In this document: positions 19,554 through 28,923 of the stretch, one piece after another
How the letters are laid out: every line of letters starts with the position of its first letter
How positions within the stretch are numbered: the first letter of the stretch is position 1
Assembly: GCA_030683105.1 (NCBI GenBank)
Contig: JAUXMZ010000075.1
Coordinates: 17,545 to 81,544 of the forward strand
DNA length: 64,000 nt
Direction: 5' to 3'
DNA from: Burkholderiales bacterium
Lineage (GTDB): Bacteria; Pseudomonadota; Gammaproteobacteria; Burkholderiales; SG8-41
Program-made: the position numbers and the translations under genes
The notes under the pieces: generated by a model
What the model saw: only the letters and a program-made list of their open reading frames with translations
Databases searched by the model: none
Told to the model about the DNA's origin: nothing

Positions 19554-20477
19554 TTACTTCTTCGGCTGCTTGTCGCGAGCGAACAGCGCGTCGAGATTTT
19601 TCTCGTAGGCATGATAATCGAGATAATCGTAGAGATCGTTTCTCGTCTGCATGATGTCGAGCACGTTTTTCTGCGTGCCCTCCTTGCGCAGTGTCTGGTA
19701 CACCCTGAGCGCCGCCGCGTTCATCGCGCGGAACGCCGACAGCGGATAAAGCGCCATGGCCACGTTGGCGCCGGCCAGTTCCTGCGTTGTGAATAACGGT
19801 GTGGCGCCAAACTCGGTGATGTTGGCCAGGATCGGCACTTTCACCGCGTCAGCGAAGGTCTTGTACATCGCAAGTTCGGTGATCGCTTCCGGGAATATCA
19901 TGTCGGCACCCGCCTCGACGCAGGCACAGGCGCGGTCCACCGCGGCCTGCAGCCCTTCGACCGCCAGCGCATCGGTACGCGCCATTACCACGAAGTCCGG
20001 GTCGGTCTTGGCGTCGACCGCCGCCTTGATGCGGTCGACCATCTCCTGCTGCGTGACCAGTTCCTTGTTGGGGCGGTGGCCGCAGCGCTTGGCGCCGACC
20101 TGGTCCTCGATATGCATCGCCGCGGCGCCAAACTTGATCAGCGACTTGACCGTGCGCGCGATATTGAACGCACTCGAGCCAAAGCCGGTATCGACGTCGA
20201 CCAGCAGCGGCAGATCGCATACATCGGTGATGCGGCGCACGTCGGTCAGCACGTCATCGAGATTGCTGATGCCCAGATCCGGGAGGCCCAGCGAGCCTGC
20301 AGCCACGCCGCCGCCCGAAAGATAGATCGCCCGGAATCCCGAGCGCTGCGCAAGCCGCGCGTGGTAGGCGTTGATGGCGCCCACGATCTGCAGCGGCCGT
20401 TCCGCCGCCACGGCAGCGCGAAACCGCGCGCCTGCGGACGCCGGGCGAATCGTTACCCTGGTGGACTGATCAGTCAT
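19554..20477 (-). CDS. prpB: 2-methylisocitrate lyase
   Basis: [40 protein letters not shown] and ARTDA motifs. Confidence 0.93.
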   Translation of the reverse strand: MTDQSTRVTIRPASAGARFRAAVAAERPLQIVGAINAYHARLAQRSGFRAIYLSGGGVAAGSLGLPDLGISNLDDVLTDVRRITDVCDLPLLVDVDTGFGSSAFNIARTVKSLIKFGAAAMHIEDQVGAKRCGHRPNKELVTQQEMVDRIKAAVDAKTDPDFVVMARTDALAVEGLQAAVDRACACVEAGADMIFPEAITELAMYKTFADAVKVPILANITEFGATPLFTTQELAGANVAMALYPLSAFRAMNAAALRVYQTLRKEGTQKNVLDIMQTRNDLYDYLDYHAYEKNLDALFARDKQPKK

Positions 20478-20751
20478 GTAAAACACTCCTTCACGATTAA
20501 AATCTTAATGGCGGCCTGCTTTCCGGCGGTCAGGCCCATGTTAACGCGCTTGCTTTCTGTGCGCCCTGACTTTACGCCCGTTCGCGGCACCCGGGCGCTC
20601 AGGAACCGGCATGGCGCATAATCCGGCATATGGACTGGCACCGTAAATAGCGCCGCGATAATTCCGGAAAAAACGATAACATAGCGGTAGATATATCGCC
20701 AGTTCATCGATAATGGCATAATGGCCTCTTGATCTCACTATCCGGACTTAT

Positions 20752-21552
20752 ATGGCCAAGAAATCATCTACAGTGCCCGGCGCGCTCTCCGGCACCCAAA
20801 GCATAGAACGCGCGCTGCTGCTGTTGCGCGAAATTGCGGCGCATAACCGGGGCGGCTCGCGGTTGCTCGATCTTGCCACCCGCACCAGCCTGCAACGGCC
20901 CACGGTACACCGAATGTTGAAGTGCCTCGCCGCCGAAAACATGGTGCAGCAGGATGCCGACACGCACCGCTATTTCCTCGGGTCCATGGTGTTCGAACTG
21001 GGCCTTACCGCCGCTCCGCGCTACAACCTGCGGGAGATCTGTCATCCGGCATTGACGCGTCTGGCGGAGGCCACCGGCGACACCGTTTTCCTGACCCAGC
21101 GCAGCGGACTGGATGCGGTATGCATAGACCGGCGTGAGGGCGCGTTCCCGATCAAAACCTTTACGCTTGAAATCGGCATGCGCCGCCCGCTCGGCGTGGG
21201 CACAGGCAGCCTCGCCATTCTCAGCGCCCTGTCGGAGGAGGAAATCCGCCAGACCATAGAGGCCAATGCCATCCGCTTGCCCGAGTACGGGCTCACGACA
21301 AGCAGTCTGGCCGCGCAGGTCAAGCGCGCGCAAAAACTCGCTTACGCGGTGCGCGAAGCGCCCACGCTCGCCGGCGTGCGCTCCATCGGCCTGACGCTGC
21401 GCAACCAAAGCGGCATGCCTTTTGCCGCGCTCTCGGTTTCAACCATATCGAGCCGCATGAATGACAAGCGCGTCATCGAGCTTTCCACCATGCTCAAAAA
21501 CGAAATCCGGCTGATCGAGAAACAAATCGCAACCGGCGCCGATGCAAGCTGA
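20752..21552 (+). CDS. IclR family transcriptional regulator
   Basis: QSIERAL..LREIA HTH, LGVGTGSLAIL; divergent from prpB. Confidence 0.94.
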   Translation: MAKKSSTVPGALSGTQSIERALLLLREIAAHNRGGSRLLDLATRTSLQRPTVHRMLKCLAAENMVQQDADTHRYFLGSMVFELGLTAAPRYNLREICHPALTRLAEATGDTVFLTQRSGLDAVCIDRREGAFPIKTFTLEIGMRRPLGVGTGSLAILSALSEEEIRQTIEANAIRLPEYGLTTSSLAAQVKRAQKLAYAVREAPTLAGVRSIGLTLRNQSGMPFAALSVSTISSRMNDKRVIELSTMLKNEIRLIEKQIATGADAS

Positions 21553-21597
21553 GTCTGCCGGCGCGGCGCACCTAAAACTCATAGGAGGAATGGCCCG

Positions 21598-22623
21598 ATG
21601 TTAACCCGCACATACGCCCTGATGTCGCACACCCGCCGTCTTTTCCCCGGGATCAGCCTGTCCTGGGCTCCGGTGTTGTGTGCTGCTGTGGTAGCACTCG
21701 CTGCACCGCAGGTCGCAGCACAGCCCGCCTTTCCGACCAAATCGATCCGCTTCCTGGTGGGTGCTCCGCCCGGCGGGAGCAATGACCTGTTCGCGCGCGC
21801 GGTCGGCCAGCGCCTGCACGAAACCCTGGGCCAGCCGGTGGTGGTGGACAACCGCCCGGGGGCGAATCAAATGATCGCCGCCGACATCATGGCCAAATCC
21901 CCCCCCGACGGGCACACGATTTATATCACGTCGACTTCGTTCACCACCGGCGCGGCGCTGCAGCCCAAGCTCCCATTCGATCCTGTCAACGATATCACCG
22001 GCATCACCATGCTGGGCAACGGGCCGCTGGTGTTCGTGGTGCACCCCGCGCTTCCCGCAAAAACCATGAAAGAGCTGATCGCGCTTGCCCGCGCCCGGCC
22101 CGGGCAGCTCAACTTCACCTCGTCGGGCATCGGCGGCATCAACCATCTGGGCACCGAGGTGTTCATGGCCGCCGCCAAACTTAAAATGGTACACATCCCC
22201 CACAAAGGGATGGGGCCGGCACTCACCGATCTGATCAGCGGCCAGGTCCAGGTCCTGCTCGTCAGCCTGCCTTCGGTGTCGCCGCAGATGAAAGCAGGCC
22301 GCTTGCGCGCGCTGGCGGTAAGCACGGCCAAGCGCACCACTTTCATGCCCGAGTTGCCGACGGTTGCGGAATCCGGCGTGCCGGGTTACGACGTCTCGCT
22401 GTGGTGGGGCGTGTTCGCTCCGGCCAGGACGCCCAAGCCCGTCATCGACAGGCTCAACGCGGAAATCCGCAAGGCGCTGGCCACCGATGCGATGAAAAAG
22501 CACTTCGCCGACTTCGGCGCTGAACCGTCGCCGATGACACCGGAGGCCTTCAGTGCCACGGTCAAGAGCGAGATCGCGAAGTGGAGCAAGGTGATCAGGG
22601 ACGCCAACATCAAGCCCGAATGA
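21598..22623 (+). CDS. Bug/TctC substrate-binding protein
   Basis: PPGGSNDLFAR, VVVDNRPGA, PDGHT and HIPHKG motifs. Confidence 0.93.
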   Translation: MLTRTYALMSHTRRLFPGISLSWAPVLCAAVVALAAPQVAAQPAFPTKSIRFLVGAPPGGSNDLFARAVGQRLHETLGQPVVVDNRPGANQMIAADIMAKSPPDGHTIYITSTSFTTGAALQPKLPFDPVNDITGITMLGNGPLVFVVHPALPAKTMKELIALARARPGQLNFTSSGIGGINHLGTEVFMAAAKLKMVHIPHKGMGPALTDLISGQVQVLLVSLPSVSPQMKAGRLRALAVSTAKRTTFMPELPTVAESGVPGYDVSLWWGVFAPARTPKPVIDRLNAEIRKALATDAMKKHFADFGAEPSPMTPEAFSATVKSEIAKWSKVIRDANIKPE

Positions 22624-23876
22624 CGCGCGCGATACCCAAAAAATCCTATGAGCCCGGCGCCAAGGGCACGCTCGCCGGCGTGCGCGTGCTCGACCTGTCT
22701 CGCCTGGTCGCCGGCAACACGCTGACGCAGATGCTCGGCGACTTCGGCGCCGAGGTGATCAAAGTCGAGCCGCCGGCGGGCGATACCCTGCGCGCCTGGC
22801 AAACCCTCGGCGTGGCGACCAACTGGAAGCTTTACGCGCGCAACAAGAAAAGTCTGGGGCTGGAATTGCGCAAGCCCGAGGCGCGCGAGTTGCTCGCGCG
22901 CCTTATACCAACGGCGGCAATATTCGTCGAAAGTTTTCGCCCGGGGACACTTGAGGAGATGGGCCTCGCGCCAGAAATACTTTTCAAGCTTAACCCCAAG
23001 CTCATTATCGTGCGCATCTCCGGCTGGGGCCAGGACGGGCCGTACCGCCGCCGCCCCGGTTTCGGCACGCTGGTCGAGGGCATGTCGGGTTTCGCGTCCA
23101 TGAACGGCTTTGCCGACCGCGAGCCGGTGCTGCCGCCGATGTATATGGCGGACTCGTACGCCGGCCTCTATGGCGCTGCTGCGGTCATGATTGCGCTGCG
23201 CGAAGTGGAAATCAACGGCGGAGGCGGCCAGGTGATCGACCTGCCACTGCTCGATCCGGTGTTCGCCGTGCTGGGACCCCAGGCCGCCAACTACCGACTG
23301 ACGGGCAAGGTGAAGCCGCGCACCGGCAGCCGCTCGACCAACTCCGGCCCGCGCAACGCCTATCGCTGCAAGGACGGGCTGTATGTCGGCCTGTCGGCCT
23401 CGACGCAGAAAATGGCAGAGCGGGTGTTCCGCTCGATCGGCCGCCCCGATCTCGTCGACCATCCGCGTTACCGCACCAACGATGTCCGGGTGCAGCACGC
23501 CGGGGAACTCGACGCCATCATCGGCGCCTTCGTTGCCGAGCGCACCCAGGCCGAAAATGTGGCGTTTTTCGAGCAGGCCGAAGTCACGATCGGCCCGATC
23601 TACGACATTGCGCAGATCATCGAAGACCCTCACGTGCTGGAGCGCGAACTCATCGCCGACTATCCCGATCCCGACATGGGCGCGTATCCCATGCACCACG
23701 TGGTGCCGCGGCTGTCGGGCACGCCGGGTTCCATCCGCACGCCCGCGCCGCGCCTGGGCGAGCACAACCGGGCGCTGCTCGCCGAATTGAATGTAGACGA
23801 TGTCGCCTATGCCCAACTGCTCGCGGCGGGTATCGCCTGCGAAAATGCTCCTTCAACGAACAAGGATGACGAATGA
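22620..23876 (+). CDS. Family III CoA-transferase (CaiB/BaiF)
   Basis: LAGVRVLDLS..VAG...DFGAEVIKVE, RNKKS, ISGWGQDGPY and catalytic Asp region (MADSYAG); ATG overlaps the Bug stop. Confidence 0.93.
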   Translation: MTRAIPKKSYEPGAKGTLAGVRVLDLSRLVAGNTLTQMLGDFGAEVIKVEPPAGDTLRAWQTLGVATNWKLYARNKKSLGLELRKPEARELLARLIPTAAIFVESFRPGTLEEMGLAPEILFKLNPKLIIVRISGWGQDGPYRRRPGFGTLVEGMSGFASMNGFADREPVLPPMYMADSYAGLYGAAAVMIALREVEINGGGGQVIDLPLLDPVFAVLGPQAANYRLTGKVKPRTGSRSTNSGPRNAYRCKDGLYVGLSASTQKMAERVFRSIGRPDLVDHPRYRTNDVRVQHAGELDAIIGAFVAERTQAENVAFFEQAEVTIGPIYDIAQIIEDPHVLERELIADYPDPDMGAYPMHHVVPRLSGTPGSIRTPAPRLGEHNRALLAELNVDDVAYAQLLAAGIACENAPSTNKDDE

Positions 23877-24784
23877 AACGCAATCTGCCGGTGTGGCGCT
23901 CGCTGATGTACGTTCCGGTCAACGTAGACAAATACGTCGACAAGGCGCACACGCGCGGCGCCGACGTGATCCAGCTCGACCTCGAGGACAGCGTGCCGCC
24001 GGCCGAAAAAGCCAATGCGCGCAAGCTGGTCGAAACAGCCGCGGCCAAAGTAAGGCGCGGCGGCGCTGACGTCGTGGTGCGCATCAACCAGCCGCTGTCG
24101 CTCGCGGTGCGCGATCTCGAGCATGCGATCTGCCCTGATGTCGACGGCATCGCCTGCACCAAGATCGACAGCGCCTCGCATGTGAAGCTGCTCGACGAAC
24201 TGGTCACCGGGCTCGAGGAAAAGCGCGGCATGGCCATCGGCCATACGCGTTTCATCGCCATGATAGAAACCGCCGACGCGTTTTTCCGCATCCACGAAAT
24301 CGTGCGCGCGAGTCCCCGCATCATTGCCTGCTGCATCGGCGGTGAAGACTTCGCGCTCGACTGCAACATGCAACCCTCGGGGGACGCGCTGTTCTATCCC
24401 AAGCAGCACATGATCATCGCCGCCAGCGCCGCCGGCATCATGCCGCTTGGTTTCGTCGACAGCGTGGCGAGCTTCGGCGACTGGGACAAATTCCGAAAGA
24501 TGGTGCGCCGCTCGCGCGACTTCGGCTTCATGGGCGCCGGCTGCATCCACCCCGGCCAGGTCACCATCGTCAACGAGGAATACACTCCGACCGCCGAAGA
24601 AGTCGAATACGCGAGCAAAGTGATCCAGCTCGACAAGGAGGCGGCCGCCGCCGGCCGCGGTTCGTTCTCGCTCGACGGCAAGATGATAGACATCCCGATC
24701 ATCGTGCGCGCCGAGAAACTGCTCAAGCGCTTTGATGCGATCAAGGCGCGCGAAGCAAAAACACTGGCGGCGATGAAAGGCTGA
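23873..24784 (+). CDS. CitE/HpcH-like CoA-ester lyase (citramalyl-/malyl-CoA lyase family)
   Basis: RSLMYVP, DLEDSVP, VVRIN, MIETA, GGEDF, CIHPGQV and GKMIDIP motifs. Confidence 0.92.
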   Translation: MKRNLPVWRSLMYVPVNVDKYVDKAHTRGADVIQLDLEDSVPPAEKANARKLVETAAAKVRRGGADVVVRINQPLSLAVRDLEHAICPDVDGIACTKIDSASHVKLLDELVTGLEEKRGMAIGHTRFIAMIETADAFFRIHEIVRASPRIIACCIGGEDFALDCNMQPSGDALFYPKQHMIIAASAAGIMPLGFVDSVASFGDWDKFRKMVRRSRDFGFMGAGCIHPGQVTIVNEEYTPTAEEVEYASKVIQLDKEAAAAGRGSFSLDGKMIDIPIIVRAEKLLKRFDAIKAREAKTLAAMKG

Positions 24785-24789
24785 AGAGC

Positions 24790-24817
24790 GAGAGGCGTGA
24801 GGCGAAAGGAGAGAGGC
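24790..24817. repeat. Degenerate heptamer tandem (GAGAGGC/GTGAGGC/GAAAGGA/GAGAGGC)
   Basis: Immediately after the lyase stop codon. Confidence 0.55.
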
Positions 24818-24872
24818 GGAGCGGCCGATCAAGCATCCAGCCTACCTCTGAACCCTATTTCACTAGTCCCAC

Positions 24873-24895
24873 GATGCGCATACACTATTCGCATC
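24873..24895. promoter_or_regulatory. Possible ccdAB operator (GATGCG-N11-CGCATC)
   Basis: 6-bp inverted repeat ending 21 bp upstream of the ccdA start. Confidence 0.4.
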
Positions 24896-24916
24896 ATCCT
24901 GCTCACTGCCCCGTCT

Positions 24917-25165
24917 ATGCTCACTCGAACCGTCGCCCCGCGCCGGCGCAAGAAGGCCACCAAACTCAACGTTGATGACAACCTGCTGGACCAGGCCAGA
25001 CGCCTCAAGCTGAACCTGTCACAGGTGTTCGAGACCGGCCTGGCCGAAGCCATCCGCCAGTGCCAGCGCGAAGAATGGCTCAGTAAAAATCGCGCCGCGC
25101 TCGACGCCTACAACGAGCACGTGGAAGAACACGGCGTGTTCAGCGACGGCCTGCGCTCGTTTTGA
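24917..25165 (+). CDS. ccdA: CcdA family antitoxin
   Basis: KKATKLNVDDNLLDQARRLKLNLS...EEWLSKNRAALDAYNEHVEEHGVFSDGLRSF. Confidence 0.88.
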   Translation: MLTRTVAPRRRKKATKLNVDDNLLDQARRLKLNLSQVFETGLAEAIRQCQREEWLSKNRAALDAYNEHVEEHGVFSDGLRSF

Positions 25166-25482
25166 CGGCGCAGTTCGACGGCTACCGCTACGCCAATCCC
25201 GCCACCCGCGCGCGCATTCCTTACCTGCTCGACGTTCAATCGGACCTGCTCGACCCTCTGGCAACGCGGGTAGTCGTGCCCCTATGCAAACCCGAAGTGC
25301 TCAAGGGCAAGCTGGCCGAGCGGTTCAATCCGGTGTTCGAGGTCGAAGGCTGCAAGATGGCCATGCTGACGCCCGAACTCGCGGGCGTGTCCAGAAAAAT
25401 ACTCGGTGAACGGATCGGCAATCTTTCAGACGAACGCAGTTCTATCATTGCGGCGCTGGACCTGCTTATTACCGGGATCTGA
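25162..25482 (+). CDS. ccdB: CcdB family toxin (gyrase poison family)
   Basis: AQFDGYR...PYLLDVQSDLLDPLATRVVVPL...ALDLLITGI; TTG start overlaps the ccdA stop. Confidence 0.88.
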   Translation: MTAQFDGYRYANPATRARIPYLLDVQSDLLDPLATRVVVPLCKPEVLKGKLAERFNPVFEVEGCKMAMLTPELAGVSRKILGERIGNLSDERSSIIAALDLLITGI

Positions 25483-25497
25483 CCGAGCGCTGCAGTA

Positions 25498-25532
25498 TCC
25501 AGTCTGGACAAAATAGCCAGTATGGATATAAT
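25498..25532 (+). promoter_or_regulatory. Sigma70-type promoter overlapped by two palindromic operator sites
   Basis: TGGACA (25505-10)-16 bp-TATAAT (25527-32); TCCAGTCTGGA (25498-508) and GCCAGTATGGA (25516-26). Confidence 0.7.
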
Positions 25533-25557
25533 GTTCGAAACGCACCCGGAGCCTGCC

Positions 25558-25908
25558 ATGTCCACACTGACCTTCCGTAACAGCCACGGCGAACTGGTCG
25601 ATATCCCGACCGTTGCCGCCACACGCCTGAAGAACGAGTTCGGTGCCGTTCTCGAGCAGGCAGTCCGGGGCGGGGCCGTCGCCATCACCCGGCACGACAC
25701 GCCCAGGGCGGTGTTGATGTCCTATGAGGAATTTCAGGCGCTGATAAAGGACCGCACGCCGAGCCTGAACGATCTCGGCGCGGAGTATGACGTGCTGCTT
25801 TCGCGCATGCAGACGCCGGCGGCGCGCAAAAGCATGGCCGACGCCTTCAACGCCACTCCTGCCGAACTGGGCCGCGCCGCAGTCAAGGCGGCGCGCAAGC
25901 GCCGCTGA
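25558..25908 (+). CDS. Phd/YefM family antitoxin
   Basis: VAATRLKNEFGAVLEQA...VAITRHDTPRAVLMSYEEF; start after GGAG (the upstream ATGs fall inside the promoter). Confidence 0.87.
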   Translation: MSTLTFRNSHGELVDIPTVAATRLKNEFGAVLEQAVRGGAVAITRHDTPRAVLMSYEEFQALIKDRTPSLNDLGAEYDVLLSRMQTPAARKSMADAFNATPAELGRAAVKAARKRR

Positions 25909-25954
25909 GTTGTCCCGAATCGTCCGTGACCCGTCGCGCACGCGGCATTTTGCG

Positions 25955-26599
25955 ATGAGCCCCGCCCAGCCGCCTCGCATCTACGTGCTCGCCGGCGTCA
26001 ACGGCGCGGGCAAAAGCAGCATCGCCGGCGCGGCTTTCCGCGAGCAAGGGGCCGATTATTACAATCCCGACGAAGCCGCCCGCGCTCTGATGGCCGCCAA
26101 CCCCGGCTTGACTCAGATGGAGGCCAACAGTGCCGCATGGCACCGGGGGCGCGAGCTGCTCGAACGTGCCATCGCCGAACGCCTCGGCTTCGCGTTCGAG
26201 ACCACGCTGGGCGCGAATACCATCCCGCGCCTGCTGGCGGAGGCGGCTGAGAAGGGAATCGAAGTGTACGTGTGGTACGCGGGCCTCGCGACGCCCGAGC
26301 TGCACATCGCGCGCGTGCGCGCCCGCGCTGCGCGCGGAGGTCACGACATCTCCGAGAAGGACATCCGGCGGCGCTTCGGGCACAGCCGCCTCAATCTGAT
26401 CCAGCTCCTGCCCGCGCTCACGGCGCTGCGGCTGTATGACAATAGCGCGGATGCGGATCCCGCCGCCGGCAAGGCGCCTGCGCCCGTGCTCGTGCTGCAC
26501 ACGGAACGCGGCAGGATACTCAACCCGCAGGACTTGCCGCTGGCGCCCGACTGGGCCAAACCCATCGTCGCCGCGGCGATGAAACTGCATCCGGGTTGA
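25955..26599 (+). CDS. Zeta-toxin-like/AAA_33 P-loop NTPase
   Basis: Walker A LAGVNGAGKS, YYNPDE, FAFETTL, RVRARAARGGHDI and LYDNS motifs. Confidence 0.85.
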   Translation: MSPAQPPRIYVLAGVNGAGKSSIAGAAFREQGADYYNPDEAARALMAANPGLTQMEANSAAWHRGRELLERAIAERLGFAFETTLGANTIPRLLAEAAEKGIEVYVWYAGLATPELHIARVRARAARGGHDISEKDIRRRFGHSRLNLIQLLPALTALRLYDNSADADPAAGKAPAPVLVLHTERGRILNPQDLPLAPDWAKPIVAAAMKLHPG

Positions 26600-26613
26600 G
26601 GTCGCTCTGCCGG

Positions 26614-26803
26614 TCAGGCGGCAGCAGCCTCAGAGACGTTAACGCGCACGCGGCCGGTCAGCAGTTCGTGCGTAAACAGCACGCACTTGCGCCGATCTAT
26701 CCAGCAGATTGGCATGCCAGCTCCGGCCAGAGGCTGACGGGTCGATGAGGCGATCCGGGATTTCCGCCAGCAGCTTCTGTGTGCAATGTATCGAGGATGG
26801 CAT
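26614..26803 (-). pseudogene. Frameshifted, truncated relic resembling DUF6933 proteins
   Basis: MPSSIHCTQKLLAEIP...GRSWHANLL [frameshift] IDRRKCVLFTHE, then early stop. Family recalled from motifs, not searched. Confidence 0.55.
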
Positions 26804-26885
26804 AATGCAGGGTCGCAATTCGGGCTCTATTTTGCAAGTAAACCCACGATCGGCTGTCAGCCGGCACCTAACCTAAGGGGGTTCC

Positions 26886-27869
26886 ATGCACACGACTCAT
26901 ATTGCCGCGGGATTTTTGTTGCTGCTGGTCGCCGCCTCATCCGTCTTTGCCCAGGCGCCAGCCGCGGGCCAGTATCCCAACCGGCCGTTGCGCTTCATCG
27001 TGCCGTTCCCGCCCGGCGGCGGCACCGACATCGGCACGCGCATCATCGCGCAAAAACTCGGCGCACGTTTCAGCCAGCAGGTGGTGGTCGACAACCGTGG
27101 CGGCGCTGCCGGCATCATCGGCACCGAACTCGCCGCCAAGGCCGCGCCTGACGGTTACACGCTGATGATGGGCAACATCGGCACGCATGCGATCAACATC
27201 AGCCTGTATTCCAAACTGCCGTATGACCCGGTCAGGGATTTTGTGCCGGTCACCCAGGCAGCGGGCCTGCCGTTATTCGTGCTAGTTCACCCATCGCTAC
27301 CGGTGAAATCGGTGAAAGAGCTGATCGCGTTCGCCAAGGCAAGGCCCGCCCAGCTCAATTACAGCACCTCCGGCAGCGGCGGCTCGATGCACGTCGCGGC
27401 AGAACTGTTTCAAAGCATGGCCAGCGTCAAATTGACGCACATCCCGTACAAGGGCGGCGCGCCCGCAGTCGCAGACCTGCTGGCGGGCCATGTGTCGTTG
27501 TCGTTCGCGACCGTACTCGAGACCACCTCGCACGTCAAAGCCGGCAAGTTGCGCCCGCTGGCCGTGACCTCCGCCAAGCGTTCGGTCGCTTACCCCGAGT
27601 TGCCGACCGTTTCGGAAGCCGGATTGCCCGGTTATGAATCGATCTCCTGGCTGGGCGTGTTCGTCCCGGCCGGCACGCCCAAAGACATCGTCGCGCTGCT
27701 CAATAGCGAGATCGTGCGCATCCTCAACATGGCGGACGTCAAGGAACGCCTGCTGAGCCAGGGTGCGGAACCCATAGGCAACACGCAAGAACAGTTTGCC
27801 GCGGTACTGAAAGCCGACATCGCCAAGTACGGCAAGCTGATGCGCGACTCCGGGGTCAAAGCCGAGTAA
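26886..27869 (+). CDS. Bug/TctC substrate-binding protein
   Basis: VPFPPGGGTDI, VVVDNRGGAAG, APDGYT and HIPYKGGAP motifs. Confidence 0.94.
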   Translation: MHTTHIAAGFLLLLVAASSVFAQAPAAGQYPNRPLRFIVPFPPGGGTDIGTRIIAQKLGARFSQQVVVDNRGGAAGIIGTELAAKAAPDGYTLMMGNIGTHAINISLYSKLPYDPVRDFVPVTQAAGLPLFVLVHPSLPVKSVKELIAFAKARPAQLNYSTSGSGGSMHVAAELFQSMASVKLTHIPYKGGAPAVADLLAGHVSLSFATVLETTSHVKAGKLRPLAVTSAKRSVAYPELPTVSEAGLPGYESISWLGVFVPAGTPKDIVALLNSEIVRILNMADVKERLLSQGAEPIGNTQEQFAAVLKADIAKYGKLMRDSGVKAE

Positions 27870-27960
27870 AGAAAGTCGCCACGTGAAGTTGATACAATCC
27901 ACGCTCGCGCCGCCAGCCTGATTTTACCTGCCGGCGCGGTCAACATCGGAGTTATCCGCA

Positions 27961-28812
27961 GTGACGCAAACCCTTGAACAGCTCAAAGACTGGATCGGCA
28001 GCAAAGAATCGGACGTCGACTATGTGACGATCCCTGCAGTGCACCGTTTGTCGGCAACGCTCGACCGCGACGACCCCATGCCGAAAACCGGCGATCCGCT
28101 GCCGACGGGCTGGCACTCGATTTTGTTTCCGCGCGTCGTGCGCCAATCGCAGATCGGGCCCGACGGCCATCCCCAGCGCGGCGACTTCCTGCCGCCGGTG
28201 CCGCTGCCGCGCCGCATGTTCGCCGGCAAGCGCATCACCTTTCACGAACCGTTGCGCGTCGGCGACGAAGTGCGCCGCGACTCCGTCATCCAGGATGTCA
28301 CCCTCAAGCAGGGCCGCAGCGGTCAGATGGTGTTCGTGACGGTGAAAACCGACATCGCCAGCCCGCGCGGGCTCGCCATCACTGAGGAGCAGGACATCGT
28401 CTATCGCGCCGATCCCGACCCCAATGCCCCGCCCCCCCCGCCGCAGAAAGCGCCCGGCATTGCGGTATGGACGAGAACGGTGACGCCCGACCCGGTGCTG
28501 TTGTTCCGTTATTCCGCGCTCACCTTCAATGGCCACCGCATCCACTACGACCATCCCTACGTGACCGGGACCGAAGGCTATCCCGACCTGGTGATGAACG
28601 GCGGCCTGACCACGCTGCTTGTGTTCGAGCTCGCGCGCGCCCATGCGTCCACGCCCCTGACCTATATGTCGTCGCGCAACGTGCGGCCGCTGTTCGTCAA
28701 CCGGCCGTTCACGCTGTGCGGCGAGCCGGCGACCGACAACAAGACGGCCAGGCTGTGGGTGGTCGATCAGGACGGCGCGCTGGCGCTTTCCGCCGAAGCC
28801 GAATTCAAATGA
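27961..28812 (+). CDS. HTD2/FAS1-like (double hot-dog) acyl-CoA hydratase, itaconyl-/mesaconyl-CoA hydratase-like
   Basis: GPDGHP.RGDFLPPVPLPRRMFAG, KQGRSGQMVFVTV and LLFRYSALTFNGHRIHYD motifs. Confidence 0.88.
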   Translation: MTQTLEQLKDWIGSKESDVDYVTIPAVHRLSATLDRDDPMPKTGDPLPTGWHSILFPRVVRQSQIGPDGHPQRGDFLPPVPLPRRMFAGKRITFHEPLRVGDEVRRDSVIQDVTLKQGRSGQMVFVTVKTDIASPRGLAITEEQDIVYRADPDPNAPPPPPQKAPGIAVWTRTVTPDPVLLFRYSALTFNGHRIHYDHPYVTGTEGYPDLVMNGGLTTLLVFELARAHASTPLTYMSSRNVRPLFVNRPFTLCGEPATDNKTARLWVVDQDGALALSAEAEFK

Positions 28813-28830
28813 CGCGAGGAGATACGATCG

Positions 28831-28899
28831 CGTCATCCCGGACACGATCCGGGATCCAGCAAGACCTTCTTCTGGGTTCCGGCCTTCGCCGGAATGACG
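28831..28899. repeat. REPIN-like pair of inverted REP hairpins
   Basis: CGTCATCCCGGACACGATCCGGGATCCAG...CTGGGTTCCGGCCTTCGCCGGAATGACG; outer arms are complementary and each half has its own hairpin. Confidence 0.8.
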
Positions 28900-28923
28900 G
28901 ACGAGAAAATACAGGGACATAAA

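Noticed and set aside
22386-24832. Long minus-strand ORFs (476 and 341 aa)
   Set aside because: Shadows of the well-supported CoA-transferase and lyase genes.
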